Shown here: in pieces, positions 48,384 to 58,109 of the stretch
How the letters are laid out: the number at the start of each line of letters is the position of its first letter
Position numbering within the stretch: the first letter of the stretch is position 1
Source of the DNA: an uncultured Bacilli bacterium
GTDB taxonomy: Bacteria; Bacillota_I; Bacilli_A; RF39; UBA660
Assembly: GCA_910587325.1 (NCBI GenBank)
Contig: CAJUKB010000002.1
Location: 32,349-96,348, forward strand
Length of the DNA stretch: 64,000 nt
Direction of reading: 5' to 3'
Translations under genes and position numbers: made by a program
Notes under the pieces: generated by a model
Told to the model about the DNA's origin: nothing
Database searches by the model: none
Seen by the model: the letters and a program-made list of their open reading frames with translations, nothing else

Positions 48384-50123
48384 TTATCTTTTCATATCAT
48401 TAGCATATAATCTTTGGTAATATTCATTATTTTTTAATAAATTCTTATGGGTATCTTTTCCTACAACTTTTCCATTTTGCATCACGACAATTTGATTGCT
48501 TTCTTTTATTGTGGATAATCTATGTGCGATAATAATAATTGTATATTCTCCCTGTAAATTGTTTATCGCTTGTGTTATATTTTGTTGCGTTTCATTATCA
48601 AGAGCACTTGTTGCCTCATCAAACAATATGATTTTAGCATCTGTAAGTAAGGCTCTTGCAATTGCAATCCTTTGTCTTTGTCCTCCTGACAAGTTTACAC
48701 CGCCTTCCCCTAACTCCGTTTCGTATTTTTTAGGTAGCGACATAATAAAGTCATGAATACACGCTTTTTTACACACATCCTCAATTTCTTTCATTGTTGC
48801 ATTTTTTTTAACAATTTGAAAGTTTTCCTTAACAGAAAAATTAAATATATACGGATTCTGTGTTATAAAAGAAATATTTCCTCTTAAGCTTTCTTCTGTT
48901 AAATCTTCTATATTATATCCATCGATTGTTATTTTCCCACTATTTATTCTATATAATTTTGTAATAATATTAAAAATAGTTGTTTTTCCAGCACCACTTT
49001 CTCCAACAATAGCAGTTGTTTGGAATGCAGGAATTTCTAGATTTAACTTTTTAAGCACGTTAATCCCTTCAATATATCCAAAATTAACGTTTTCAAATTT
49101 AAAAGTACCATCTAATTTTTTGACTTTTAATGCTCCAAATTGTTCTTTTTGATATTTTCCATCTATAATTTCAAATACTCTCTCTGCAGAAAGATTAAAC
49201 GATTTTAAGACTTCTAGTAACTCTATAATTGTTACTAAAAAATCAAATACTTTATCACTATACATAAACAAAATAACAAAATTGGCAACAAGTAACATAT
49301 CATTCTTTATTAAGTAGATACATAATATTATAAATAATAAGTTAGCAGCATTTTTTAAAAACTCTCGTAATAGTTCATATCGTTTTGTCATTTCAGACAT
49401 TTGGTATTGAATTATATTTGCCTGTTTTAATTTTTTATAGATTTTACTTTCAAAAGCAGAATAACAATTTAGTACTTTGATATCTCTTATTCCTCTAACC
49501 AATTCCGAAACTAACCCGGTGTTGGCTTCTTTTACTTTTTTAAAATATTTTGTTCGTTCATATTGTCTCACTAGGTACATTTTTTCAAAGTAAAAAATAA
49601 TAGTTAAAACAATTATAAAAAAAATAAATACAATTTTATTGATAGTATAAACTGCAAATAAAATTCCCACATTTGTGATAATTACGTTTATTTTCTTAAA
49701 AATAGTTCTAAATATTTCTGCTATATCAGAGGCATCCTGACTTAATCTATCAATAAAAACTCCCGAAGAATTTGCATCGATTTCTTTTGTTTCTAAATCA
49801 ATCATACTTCTAGCCACTTCGACTTGTATATTTAAATAAGTTTCTCTATAAAATACACGTGAAACTTTGCTAGCCAAATAGCTAACAAAGCTTGATAACA
49901 TTCTCATAGAAACAAAACAGATTGCAACTACGATTAATTGTAGCCACAATTCATTTTGGATTTTTAAGATAACTTGGGCTGAAATAAGTGGAATAATAGC
50001 ACCAATTATACCTACTATAATGCTTAAAAAAATATAAGCTATAAATAATTTTTTATTTTCTTCCATATATTTATAGGCTTTTTTCATATATTGTATTGAA
50101 TCTTTTATACCTAATTTTTTCAT
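48384..50123 (-). CDS. ABC exporter, fused permease/ATPase (MsbA/ABCB-type)
   Basis: Six-TM domain plus NBD (GESGAGKTT, LSGGQRQRIAIARAL, ILFDEATSALD). I chose the ATG at 50123, after GAGGAAAA. The tracked start overlaps gap by 65 nt. Confidence 0.85.
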   Translation of the reverse strand: MKKLGIKDSIQYMKKAYKYMEENKKLFIAYIFLSIIVGIIGAIIPLISAQVILKIQNELWLQLIVVAICFVSMRMLSSFVSYLASKVSRVFYRETYLNIQVEVARSMIDLETKEIDANSSGVFIDRLSQDASDIAEIFRTIFKKINVIITNVGILFAVYTINKIVFIFFIIVLTIIFYFEKMYLVRQYERTKYFKKVKEANTGLVSELVRGIRDIKVLNCYSAFESKIYKKLKQANIIQYQMSEMTKRYELLREFLKNAANLLFIILCIYLIKNDMLLVANFVILFMYSDKVFDFLVTIIELLEVLKSFNLSAERVFEIIDGKYQKEQFGALKVKKLDGTFKFENVNFGYIEGINVLKKLNLEIPAFQTTAIVGESGAGKTTIFNIITKLYRINSGKITIDGYNIEDLTEESLRGNISFITQNPYIFNFSVKENFQIVKKNATMKEIEDVCKKACIHDFIMSLPKKYETELGEGGVNLSGGQRQRIAIARALLTDAKIILFDEATSALDNETQQNITQAINNLQGEYTIIIIAHRLSTIKESNQIVVMQNGKVVGKDTHKNLLKNNEYYQRLYANDMKR

Positions 50124-50145
50124 GTTACTTTTCCTCATCTTATAG

Positions 50146-51153
50146 CTATTCTTCAAACATTTTTTTAGCGGTTCGAAGCATTTGTGCCGTGTAGCCCATT
50201 TCATTGTCATACCAACTTGCTATTTTTACAAGTTGTTTGTCTTCTACATCCAATACATTGGTTAGAGAAGCATCTACTAAAGAGCCACACTTTTTACCAA
50301 TAATGTCACTTGATACTACGGGATCAAAGGTTACTTTTAGGGTATCGCTTTGGTTATTTAATAAAGCATTGTTAATATCACTCTCTGTTACTTTTGTTTT
50401 TAGTTCTAAAACCAAGTCTACTAAAGAGCCATCACTTACAGGTACTCGGTAAGCAAGACCATCTAGCTTTCCTGAAAGTTCTGGTATTACTTCTCCAATG
50501 GCTTTCGTTACTCCCGTAGAGGTTGGAATGATATTTTGAGCTGCAGCACGTCCACGTCTTTCTTTAATTCCTTTTTTGTGGGGAATATCAAGAGTTGCTT
50601 GATCATTAGTGTACGCATGAATGGTACTCATAAATCCTTTTTCAATTCCAAAAGTATCATGAATTACTTTTAAAACAGGGGCAAGGCAATTGGTAGTACA
50701 AGACGCTGCTGATAAAATGACATCCTCGTTTGTAATTATAGAATCATTTACACCATACACAATAGTTTTCACTCCACCCTTAGCAGGGGCAGAAATGAGT
50801 ACTTTTTTGGCTCCAGCCTCAATATGTTTATGAGCATCTTCCAAATTAGTAAATAAACCTGTGCATTCTAAAACCAAATCTACCTCTAGTTCTTTCCAAG
50901 GCAAATTGCTTGGGTCACTTTCTTTGTATACTTTAATTCTTTTTCGTGTGTTTATGACTAGCTCATCATTATCAAAGTCAATTAAATCTTCATGAAATGC
51001 GCGATGATTTGTATCGTACTTTAAAAGATAGGCTAGTTGTTCAGGGTCTGTTAAATCGTTTATAGCAACAATATCAAAAGTAGTTCCTGTTATCATTTCA
51101 CGAAAGGCGACTCTTCCAATTCTTCCAAATCCATTAATGGCAACTTTTATCAT
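50146..51153 (-). CDS. gap: Type I glyceraldehyde-3-phosphate dehydrogenase
   Basis: INGFGRIGR and the active site SCTTNCLAP. Confidence 0.95.
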   Translation of the reverse strand: MIKVAINGFGRIGRVAFREMITGTTFDIVAINDLTDPEQLAYLLKYDTNHRAFHEDLIDFDNDELVINTRKRIKVYKESDPSNLPWKELEVDLVLECTGLFTNLEDAHKHIEAGAKKVLISAPAKGGVKTIVYGVNDSIITNEDVILSAASCTTNCLAPVLKVIHDTFGIEKGFMSTIHAYTNDQATLDIPHKKGIKERRGRAAAQNIIPTSTGVTKAIGEVIPELSGKLDGLAYRVPVSDGSLVDLVLELKTKVTESDINNALLNNQSDTLKVTFDPVVSSDIIGKKCGSLVDASLTNVLDVEDKQLVKIASWYDNEMGYTAQMLRTAKKMFEE

Positions 51154-51169
51154 AAAATCAAATCCTTTC

Positions 51170-52807
51170 TTATCCGATAAATTCTCTTAAAATGGAATCT
51201 TTACTTATATATTCACTTGGTATAGGGTAAAAACCTCGTAAGGAATCAATTAGTCTTCTTGCTTCTTCATAATAAGGAGAATCAATTCCTACCGAATACA
51301 AAAGTGGTTCTACAAATACTTTTAGTACACCGACTTCAAAAGCATAAGCAGTATTCACAATAGAGTCAGCTTGATGAATAAAGGGAAAAATATATTTTTC
51401 TTCTCCTTCTCTTACACTTTGCCATAACTCAATTGTTTTTGCAACACTTGTTCCACGAGTACGATTGTCTCTAACTATCCTTCTTAGTAACCTTAAGTCC
51501 ACCGTAGAAACATAATTGTGCCTATCGATTCCTAAAGGAATAAAAGGACTTAAATAAATTTTATACTTGTATTTTTCTTCTATAGCAGATGTTAATTCTT
51601 CATTTAAGCCATGCAAGCCTTCAATTAGTAGAATACTATTTTCCTCTATTTTTACAACATTAGCACTTCTACTTTTCTTTTGAATAACAAAATCATAAAC
51701 AGGAAGATGTACTTCTTTTCCCTCTAGTAAGTCTTTTAAATCTTGGTTAAACATTTCCGTATCAATGGACTCTAAAGATTCAAAATCGTATTCTCCTTTT
51801 GCATTTTTTGGTATGTCTTGTCGTTCTTTATAGTAATCATCAACAGATATTGGAACGGTTTGGTATCCTAAGGATTTTAAATAACTTGCAAGTCGCTTCG
51901 TTGTTGTCGTTTTTCCTGTTGAAGAAGGTCCAGAAATTAAAATCATTTTCTTATCTTTAAGAGAGGCTATTTCACTTGCTAATGCAGTAATACTTTCATT
52001 AAAAACAAGTTCACAAGAGCCAATAAATTCTTGAATACGCCCACTACTTACTTCTTCGTTTAAGTCTGAAAGAAAAGGGATATGCATTTTTTTAAGCCAA
52101 TTCTGTCCTTCTAAGAAGGTATTTATAATTCCTTCATAATGAACGTATTCTGGTACAGACCCTTCGGTACGAGAACTTGGATATAATAAAACAATTCGAT
52201 TATTTTCTAAAAGCTTTAAATCAAATTTGTTAATATTCTTTGTATTATAAGGCATATCCGTATAGTAATAATTGTAGATATTTTTTAATTTATAAAAACT
52301 GACAATGTCATTGTTGGTATTATGAATATTCTTGGCTTTTTCATGCTGATTATGTGCATCAAAATAACGAATGGCCTCTTTTTTCTCAACATTGTATTTC
52401 ATTATTTTTTCGTCATTGTGGATAATACGAGCCATAGCTTCTTTTATTCTATTAATGTCTTCTTTTTCAATATCTTTTCCTTCAATTTCCGTCATGATTC
52501 CCTTAGGAACACTATGTAAAAAATGCACCTCAACTCCTGTGTAGGTTTCTTTTACCGCCACTTCAAATATAAATTTTAATGCTGCTTGGTACATACGATA
52601 GCCATAAGGATTTGTCACATCTAAAAAAGATACACTCGCGTTTTTGATTAACTTCGTGTGCATAGGAAGAATTTCGTTGTTTACTTTAACACCAATTATG
52701 TTATGTTTCATTTTAGGCTGATAACTTTCTGCTATTTCATAAAGTGGTGTTGCATAAGAAAAAGATTTCGTTGTTCCGTCAGGAAACGTAATTGTAATCT
52801 CTTGCAT
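51170..52807 (-). CDS. TGS-domain nucleoside/uridine kinase family protein
   Basis: N-terminal TGS-like ITITFPDGT, a central ThrRS-like region, and a C-terminal P-loop kinase (ISGPSSTGKTTT) of the PRK/uridine kinase type. 545 aa. Confidence 0.7.
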   Translation of the reverse strand: MQEITITFPDGTTKSFSYATPLYEIAESYQPKMKHNIIGVKVNNEILPMHTKLIKNASVSFLDVTNPYGYRMYQAALKFIFEVAVKETYTGVEVHFLHSVPKGIMTEIEGKDIEKEDINRIKEAMARIIHNDEKIMKYNVEKKEAIRYFDAHNQHEKAKNIHNTNNDIVSFYKLKNIYNYYYTDMPYNTKNINKFDLKLLENNRIVLLYPSSRTEGSVPEYVHYEGIINTFLEGQNWLKKMHIPFLSDLNEEVSSGRIQEFIGSCELVFNESITALASEIASLKDKKMILISGPSSTGKTTTTKRLASYLKSLGYQTVPISVDDYYKERQDIPKNAKGEYDFESLESIDTEMFNQDLKDLLEGKEVHLPVYDFVIQKKSRSANVVKIEENSILLIEGLHGLNEELTSAIEEKYKYKIYLSPFIPLGIDRHNYVSTVDLRLLRRIVRDNRTRGTSVAKTIELWQSVREGEEKYIFPFIHQADSIVNTAYAFEVGVLKVFVEPLLYSVGIDSPYYEEARRLIDSLRGFYPIPSEYISKDSILREFIG

Positions 52808-52954
52808 ACTTACCCCTCGTATTCTAATTCATTTTATCACAAATTGAGGAGTTTTGGGTAAAAAGTTTTGTATTTCTTATAGCTAAAATTAGACATCTTT
52901 TTCTCGTATAAAAAATGTATATTTTATCTATGATAGTAGTAGGTGATACTTAAA

Positions 52955-53518
52955 ATGAATATTATACCAACAGTAGTAGAGAAGAGTAGTAACCATGAAT
53001 ATGCATATGATTTGTATTCTAGACTATTAAAGGATAGAATTGTTTTCTTAACCGGAGAAATTAATATGGCTACGGCAAATATTATTATCAGTGAACTTTT
53101 ATATTTAGATTCTTTAAATCACGAAGAAATCTGTTTGTATATCAATAGCCCTGGTGGAGAAGTATGTAGTGGATTTGCTATATTTGATACTATACAATTT
53201 ATAAAAAGTGATGTAAGAACAATTGTTGTAGGTATGGCCGCAAGTATGGCCGCATTCTTGCTTGCTTGTGGCGATAAACGCTCGGCTCTTAAAAACGCCG
53301 AAGTAATGATTCATCAACCTCTTGGTGGTATACAAGGGCAAGCAACCGATATTAAGATTGTTGCGGACCATATTTTAAAAACGAAGAAGAAATTAATTGA
53401 AATATTAGCAAAAAGAACCAAGAAAAAAGCTTCTGTTTTAGAAGCAGATATGGAACGAGATTTTTATATGAACAGTAAAGAAGCTTTAGAGTATGGAATT
53501 ATAGATGAAATTCTATAG
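52955..53518 (+). CDS. clpP: ATP-dependent Clp protease proteolytic subunit
   Basis: Ser-His-Asp blocks (GMAASMAAFLL, MIHQPLGG, ERD). ATG at 52955 follows AGGTGA. Confidence 0.95.
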   Translation: MNIIPTVVEKSSNHEYAYDLYSRLLKDRIVFLTGEINMATANIIISELLYLDSLNHEEICLYINSPGGEVCSGFAIFDTIQFIKSDVRTIVVGMAASMAAFLLACGDKRSALKNAEVMIHQPLGGIQGQATDIKIVADHILKTKKKLIEILAKRTKKKASVLEADMERDFYMNSKEALEYGIIDEIL

Positions 53519-54157
53519 TTCTTTTTTATTTGGATTACAAATTGCGTTTATTTCTTTATCGTTTAAACTTTTAACTCTTTTTATTGCTTCATCACGCGAA
53601 GTTTCTAATAATTGTTTAAAATAATAGAGTTGTAAGCGATTGAAAGGCTCTGTTGCATACCCTTTTGTTATTTTCTCTATACCTTTACTAGAATAAAAAT
53701 AAGTTTCTTTTGAAGGGCATTCTAAAAAGTGATTTGGCATAAATATAATACTATTATTATTGCTTGATAACTCTATTAGTCTAGGCTGATTTGTTTCTAA
53801 ATCACAATATAAATTGTATAATTTTAAAGGTTTAGGAATCCCCAAAACCCCTTTAGACCAATCAATGCTTGTTAATTCAGGTTGTCCATCATTTATACAG
53901 GCATCTTTTCTTTGAATGCAATTGATATAAAATAAAATTTGACTGCTTTCTTTTGTATATTGAAAAGTGGATAAAAAGGCATTTCTTAATATTTCCTCTT
54001 TAGTAATTTTCTTAACATTTTCTTCATTCACATTAGAAAAATATTGGCTTGTAAATGTAGAAACAGCATTGTTGGCTACACTTTCTAATAATATTCTTTG
54101 TCCTTCTAATTGCATTTTATATGTTTCTCTAGCTTGTTTTAACTCTAATTCTGTCAT
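53513..54157 (-). CDS. Hypothetical protein (214 aa)
   Basis: Intact ORF. I chose the ATG at 54157, after GAAGGA. The tracked start overlaps whiA. I recognise no family. Confidence 0.45.
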   Translation of the reverse strand: MTELELKQARETYKMQLEGQRILLESVANNAVSTFTSQYFSNVNEENVKKITKEEILRNAFLSTFQYTKESSQILFYINCIQRKDACINDGQPELTSIDWSKGVLGIPKPLKLYNLYCDLETNQPRLIELSSNNNSIIFMPNHFLECPSKETYFYSSKGIEKITKGYATEPFNRLQLYYFKQLLETSRDEAIKRVKSLNDKEINAICNPNKKEL

Positions 54158-54185
54158 ATAAATCCTTCTTTCTTGTTTGTTTATT

Positions 54186-55121
54186 CTAACATTTATCTTT
54201 ATATTGTTCAATTAGTTTTTTCATTTTAATAAAATGATGATTAATACCAGATTTCCCTATTTTATAATCCGTTTCTAAAGAAATGATTTCAGCAAGTTCT
54301 GCATAAGAAGATTCAGGATATTTATAACGATATTCCAAAACAATTTGTGTATGGTCATCGAGTAGAGACATTAAGTCATTTTCTTTCATAAATTTTATAC
54401 TTTCTATTTGTTTTATACCCGTTTGAGTTGTTTTTTCTTGATTCGCAATTTCACAATTGTTAAGACGATTGACCATATTCTTGTGGTCTCGATAAATCCT
54501 TATATCTTCAAAGTAGAAAAGAGAATTTACTGCGTGAAACATTTTAATTATATCGCTAATCACTTCCGCACTTTTAATGTAGGTCATATAACGATTGCTT
54601 CTTTTTAATACCTTGGCCTCTATTTTAAAACTTTTTAAGATATTCTTGATAAACTCAGCATCAGTTTTGGTTAGAAAAACAAACTCTAAATGATATCCAC
54701 TAGTACTTGGATCATTTATGGAACCAATTGTTAAAAATGTCCCTCTTAAATAAGATACTTTTTCTTCAAAAGCTTCAAAATAATTTTCGTTTGCTTTTAT
54801 TTTTTTACCATTTTCATAAATATATAGAGATTCTAAAATGTAGTTTACTTTTTCTTTGATTTCTAAAATATAAATTTGTTTTATGCGAAATCTTTTTTGA
54901 TTACGCACGATAATCTTGATATTAATTCCAAATACTTCTTTTAAATAAGAGTAAATCCGACGTGCAATTTTAGCATTTTCACTTGTTAAAGTAATTTTAT
55001 CTTTTTCTATTTTAGCATCGTATCTTAGGATGGCAGAAAGTTCTGCTCTTTTTTCCATGAGGTTACTATTGTATTCAGTCATTTCTTCTTTTAAACGTGT
55101 TGAAAAAGTCAAAGTTATCAC
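54186..55121 (-). CDS. whiA: DNA-binding protein WhiA
   Basis: N-terminus (T)FSTRLKEEM like the WhiA SFASEVKKEL, a degenerate LAGLIDADG scaffold, and a C-terminal HTH. The start could instead be the TTG at 55112. Confidence 0.85.
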   Translation of the reverse strand: MITLTFSTRLKEEMTEYNSNLMEKRAELSAILRYDAKIEKDKITLTSENAKIARRIYSYLKEVFGINIKIIVRNQKRFRIKQIYILEIKEKVNYILESLYIYENGKKIKANENYFEAFEEKVSYLRGTFLTIGSINDPSTSGYHLEFVFLTKTDAEFIKNILKSFKIEAKVLKRSNRYMTYIKSAEVISDIIKMFHAVNSLFYFEDIRIYRDHKNMVNRLNNCEIANQEKTTQTGIKQIESIKFMKENDLMSLLDDHTQIVLEYRYKYPESSYAELAEIISLETDYKIGKSGINHHFIKMKKLIEQYKDKC

Positions 55122-55188
55122 TTTCTTTCTTTTTGTTTATTATATCAATAATTGCAAAAGAAAAGAAACTTATTTTTAGTTTCTCACT

Positions 55189-56430
55189 TTATTTTGCATA
55201 AGCAGTACGAGTAGTCCAACTATATCCTTTTTGATTTTTAAATCCTGGAGGAACAATTACTTTAGAAGTTGGTATACTTCCGGAATAATATCCTTTTGCT
55301 ACTCCAAAATGCAAGTGAGCCCCTGTAGTACAGCTATCGTATCCACCATTTTTCTTGGCAGTAGAGCCTCCCCCTACAGTTCCTATAATTGTATTTTGGG
55401 TAACAACTTGTCCAACTTTTACATTGATTTTAAGTAAATGATAATAATAGGTTGTGTATTTTACTCCACCAACATTCACAGTAATATAAACCATATTTCC
55501 ACCGCAACTATAACGATTAACAACACCAGAAACAGTTCCTGCTGCTGCGGCATAAATAGGAGTTCCTTCGGCATTCTTGCCAATATCAATCCCACTATGA
55601 AAACTATATTTTACACCTGTTACGGGATGAGTTCTATATCCTTCTGGACTTGTAACTGTACCTTTATTTAAAGGTTTTAACCATCCGGCATTGTATACTA
55701 AAAATTCATCTATTTTGGCAGTTGCTACTACTTTCCCATATTTTTCTTTACATTTGTTTTCCAAATCTTTCAAGTTCGCTTCAGCTAATTTTATTTTAGT
55801 GTCTATATCGAGTTCAAATTTATCATAAGATTCTAAATCTCCATATAAACTTTCAATCTTTTTTTGATAATCCTCTATCTTTTGCTCTAAATCTTTTTGT
55901 TTTTGTGCTAAATCAATTTTTAGTTGTTCATTTTGTTTAATTAAAACTTTTAAATTTTCTAGATTTTTTTGATTAGAATCTGTAATTTGTTCTACAGCTG
56001 CAATACGCATGACAAGGTCAGTAATCGAAGAAGAATCTGAGATGTATTTTAAGTAGACATTCTGACTTTGTAATTGTTGTAGTACTTTTAAGATTTGTTC
56101 GGTTTGTTCTTTTAATCCTTCTATTCTTTCGTTGGATTCTTCAATCTTAGCTTCGGCTTCATCCATATCCGATTCTGCTTGGGTTATGTCGGCTTCCGCT
56201 TGCGTTATGGCATTTTTCTTATTTTTAATTTCATTTTGAGCACTTTGTTGTTTTCGATCAATTTCAGCTTTTTGTTTTTTTAATTCCGTTAAATTATGTT
56301 GTAAATCTCCAATTGTTTGTGGTTCTTTAATCTCAGCTGCTTTTACAGAAATAGGTGTAAAAGTATAGGTGAATAAAACTGAAATCAACATTATAATGCT
56401 AAATGTTCTTTTCATCCTTTTCTTCATCAT
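55189..56430 (-). CDS. Coiled-coil M23 (LytM) peptidoglycan metalloendopeptidase
   Basis: Signal peptide, about 200 aa of heptad-rich coiled coil, then M23 motifs HSGIDIG and GAHLHFG. Overlaps the ftsX stop by 4 nt. Confidence 0.85.
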   Translation of the reverse strand: MMKKRMKRTFSIIMLISVLFTYTFTPISVKAAEIKEPQTIGDLQHNLTELKKQKAEIDRKQQSAQNEIKNKKNAITQAEADITQAESDMDEAEAKIEESNERIEGLKEQTEQILKVLQQLQSQNVYLKYISDSSSITDLVMRIAAVEQITDSNQKNLENLKVLIKQNEQLKIDLAQKQKDLEQKIEDYQKKIESLYGDLESYDKFELDIDTKIKLAEANLKDLENKCKEKYGKVVATAKIDEFLVYNAGWLKPLNKGTVTSPEGYRTHPVTGVKYSFHSGIDIGKNAEGTPIYAAAAGTVSGVVNRYSCGGNMVYITVNVGGVKYTTYYYHLLKINVKVGQVVTQNTIIGTVGGGSTAKKNGGYDSCTTGAHLHFGVAKGYYSGSIPTSKVIVPPGFKNQKGYSWTTRTAYAK

Positions 56431-57320
56431 ATCTTCAAATACTTCCTTACTGCTCTGTAACTACCTAGCATACCGATAACCGCACCAATAATCACTAATA
56501 TTCCCGAAACATATAAAATGAAATTAAATGGTTCTGCTAAACGTATAATTTGGGTAAATAAGTATCCGTTAAAGTGGTCAAATAATAAAACATAGCCATA
56601 AATAGTTACCAATATTGGAATAATACTTCCAAGAATTCCTAAGAAGAGCCCTTCAAAAAGGAATGGTAAACGGATAGAAACATTACTAGCTCCCACTAAA
56701 CGCATAATTTCAATTTCACTTTTTCTAGAAAATATGGTTAATTTAATGGTATTACCTATTAAAAAAGCGGTAACGAGTACTAAAGCTAAAACAATGATAA
56801 TCGTTACTTTTTCAATAACATCAAAGGCTTTTACTAAGTTTTCTGCCATTCCTTCTCCGTAATCAGCACTAGCAACATAGTCGTATTTTTTGATTTCCTC
56901 TGTAGTATCTTTGAGATGCGTTACATCTTTTACCGTTACTGTAAAGGAATTTAGTAAAGGATTAGTATCTAGAAAATCTAAGGCTGTATTAAATGTATCA
57001 GAATACGTTTTCATTTCTAGTTTCCATTCGTCTTTGCTTTTGTATTTATAGGAAGCAACGTTTTTCATATTATCTAAGCTTGTTTTTAATTCGTTAATAT
57101 TTTCTTCTGTTCCTGTGTCTTTTATATAGACAACAATGGTTAATTCACGTTCCAAGTCACTTGTAACATTTTTTACATTGTAAGAAATCACCATAGCAAC
57201 AGCTACTAAGATTAATGTAATGCTGCTACAAGTAATAGCAGCTGTAGATAAACTAAAGTTACGAATAACACTTTTTAGGGAATCACGTATTCCGCGAGTA
57301 AATATTCTAATTGCTTTCAT
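56427..57320 (-). CDS. ftsX: Cell division permease-like protein FtsX
   Basis: Four TM segments with a large first extracellular loop. Overlaps ftsE. Confidence 0.85.
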   Translation of the reverse strand: MKAIRIFTRGIRDSLKSVIRNFSLSTAAITCSSITLILVAVAMVISYNVKNVTSDLERELTIVVYIKDTGTEENINELKTSLDNMKNVASYKYKSKDEWKLEMKTYSDTFNTALDFLDTNPLLNSFTVTVKDVTHLKDTTEEIKKYDYVASADYGEGMAENLVKAFDVIEKVTIIIVLALVLVTAFLIGNTIKLTIFSRKSEIEIMRLVGASNVSIRLPFLFEGLFLGILGSIIPILVTIYGYVLLFDHFNGYLFTQIIRLAEPFNFILYVSGILVIIGAVIGMLGSYRAVRKYLKI

Positions 57321-58008
57321 GTACTACATAACTTCCTTTCTTATCATCTCCTGCTAAAACACCATTATCTAATAAAAGTACTCTTTTTTTCATTTTATTT
57401 ACAATGTCTCTATCATGGGTAGCCATAATAATAGTCGTTCCTAATTCACGATTAATTTTATCTAATATTCCCACTATTTCTCTTGAAATATCTGGGTCTA
57501 AATTTCCTGTTGGTTCATCACAAATTAAAAGCCTTGGTTCATTTACGATTGCTCTTGCAATACAAACTCTTTGTTGTTCTCCGCCAGATAATTGATTAGG
57601 AAAACTACGCATTTTATCTTTTAAACCAACGTTTTCTAAGGCTTTAATAACTTTTGGCCTTATATCTTTATTATGCATGCCAATTGCTTCTAGAGCAAAA
57701 GCAACATTTTCATACACGGTTAGTTTAGGAAGTAACTTAAAATCTTGAAATACGATTCCTAATTTTCTTCTTAATTTAAATACTTTAGAATTTCTTAGTT
57801 TCGCCACGTTAATACCTCCAACAAAAACACTACCATTTGTTGGTTTTTCTTCACGATATAACATTTTAATAAATGTAGATTTACCACTACCACTTGCTCC
57901 AATAACAAAGACGAATTCTCCTTTTTCAATAGATAAATTTAAATCTGCAATCGCTGTAACGCCATTGTTATATACTTTATAGCAATTTTTTACTTCAATT
58001 AACTTCAC
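57307..58008 (-). CDS. ftsE: Cell division ATP-binding protein FtsE
   Basis: GASGSGKST, LSGGEQQRVCIARA, LICDEPTGNLD. GTG at 58008, 8 nt after GAGGTGG. Confidence 0.9.
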   Translation of the reverse strand: MKLIEVKNCYKVYNNGVTAIADLNLSIEKGEFVFVIGASGSGKSTFIKMLYREEKPTNGSVFVGGINVAKLRNSKVFKLRRKLGIVFQDFKLLPKLTVYENVAFALEAIGMHNKDIRPKVIKALENVGLKDKMRSFPNQLSGGEQQRVCIARAIVNEPRLLICDEPTGNLDPDISREIVGILDKINRELGTTIIMATHDRDIVNKMKKRVLLLDNGVLAGDDKKGSYVVHESN

Positions 58009-58109
58009 TACTATTTCCACCTCATATTATAAGTAATTATATCATTATTTTTACATTTAATAAATGGTAAATTTCTCCGGTTTATAAAGTTGGAGCTTGT
58101 TCTTCCATC

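Noticed and set aside
50124-50210. Long 5' extensions in the ORF track that create gene overlaps (ABC exporter/gap, tpiA/pgk, rplP/rpsC, trxB/lgt, rplO/rpsE, hypothetical/whiA).
   Set aside because: Internal ATG or GTG codons with proper Shine-Dalgarno spacing and canonical N-termini explain the genes without the overlaps. Several tracked starts are GTGs inside the RBS itself.
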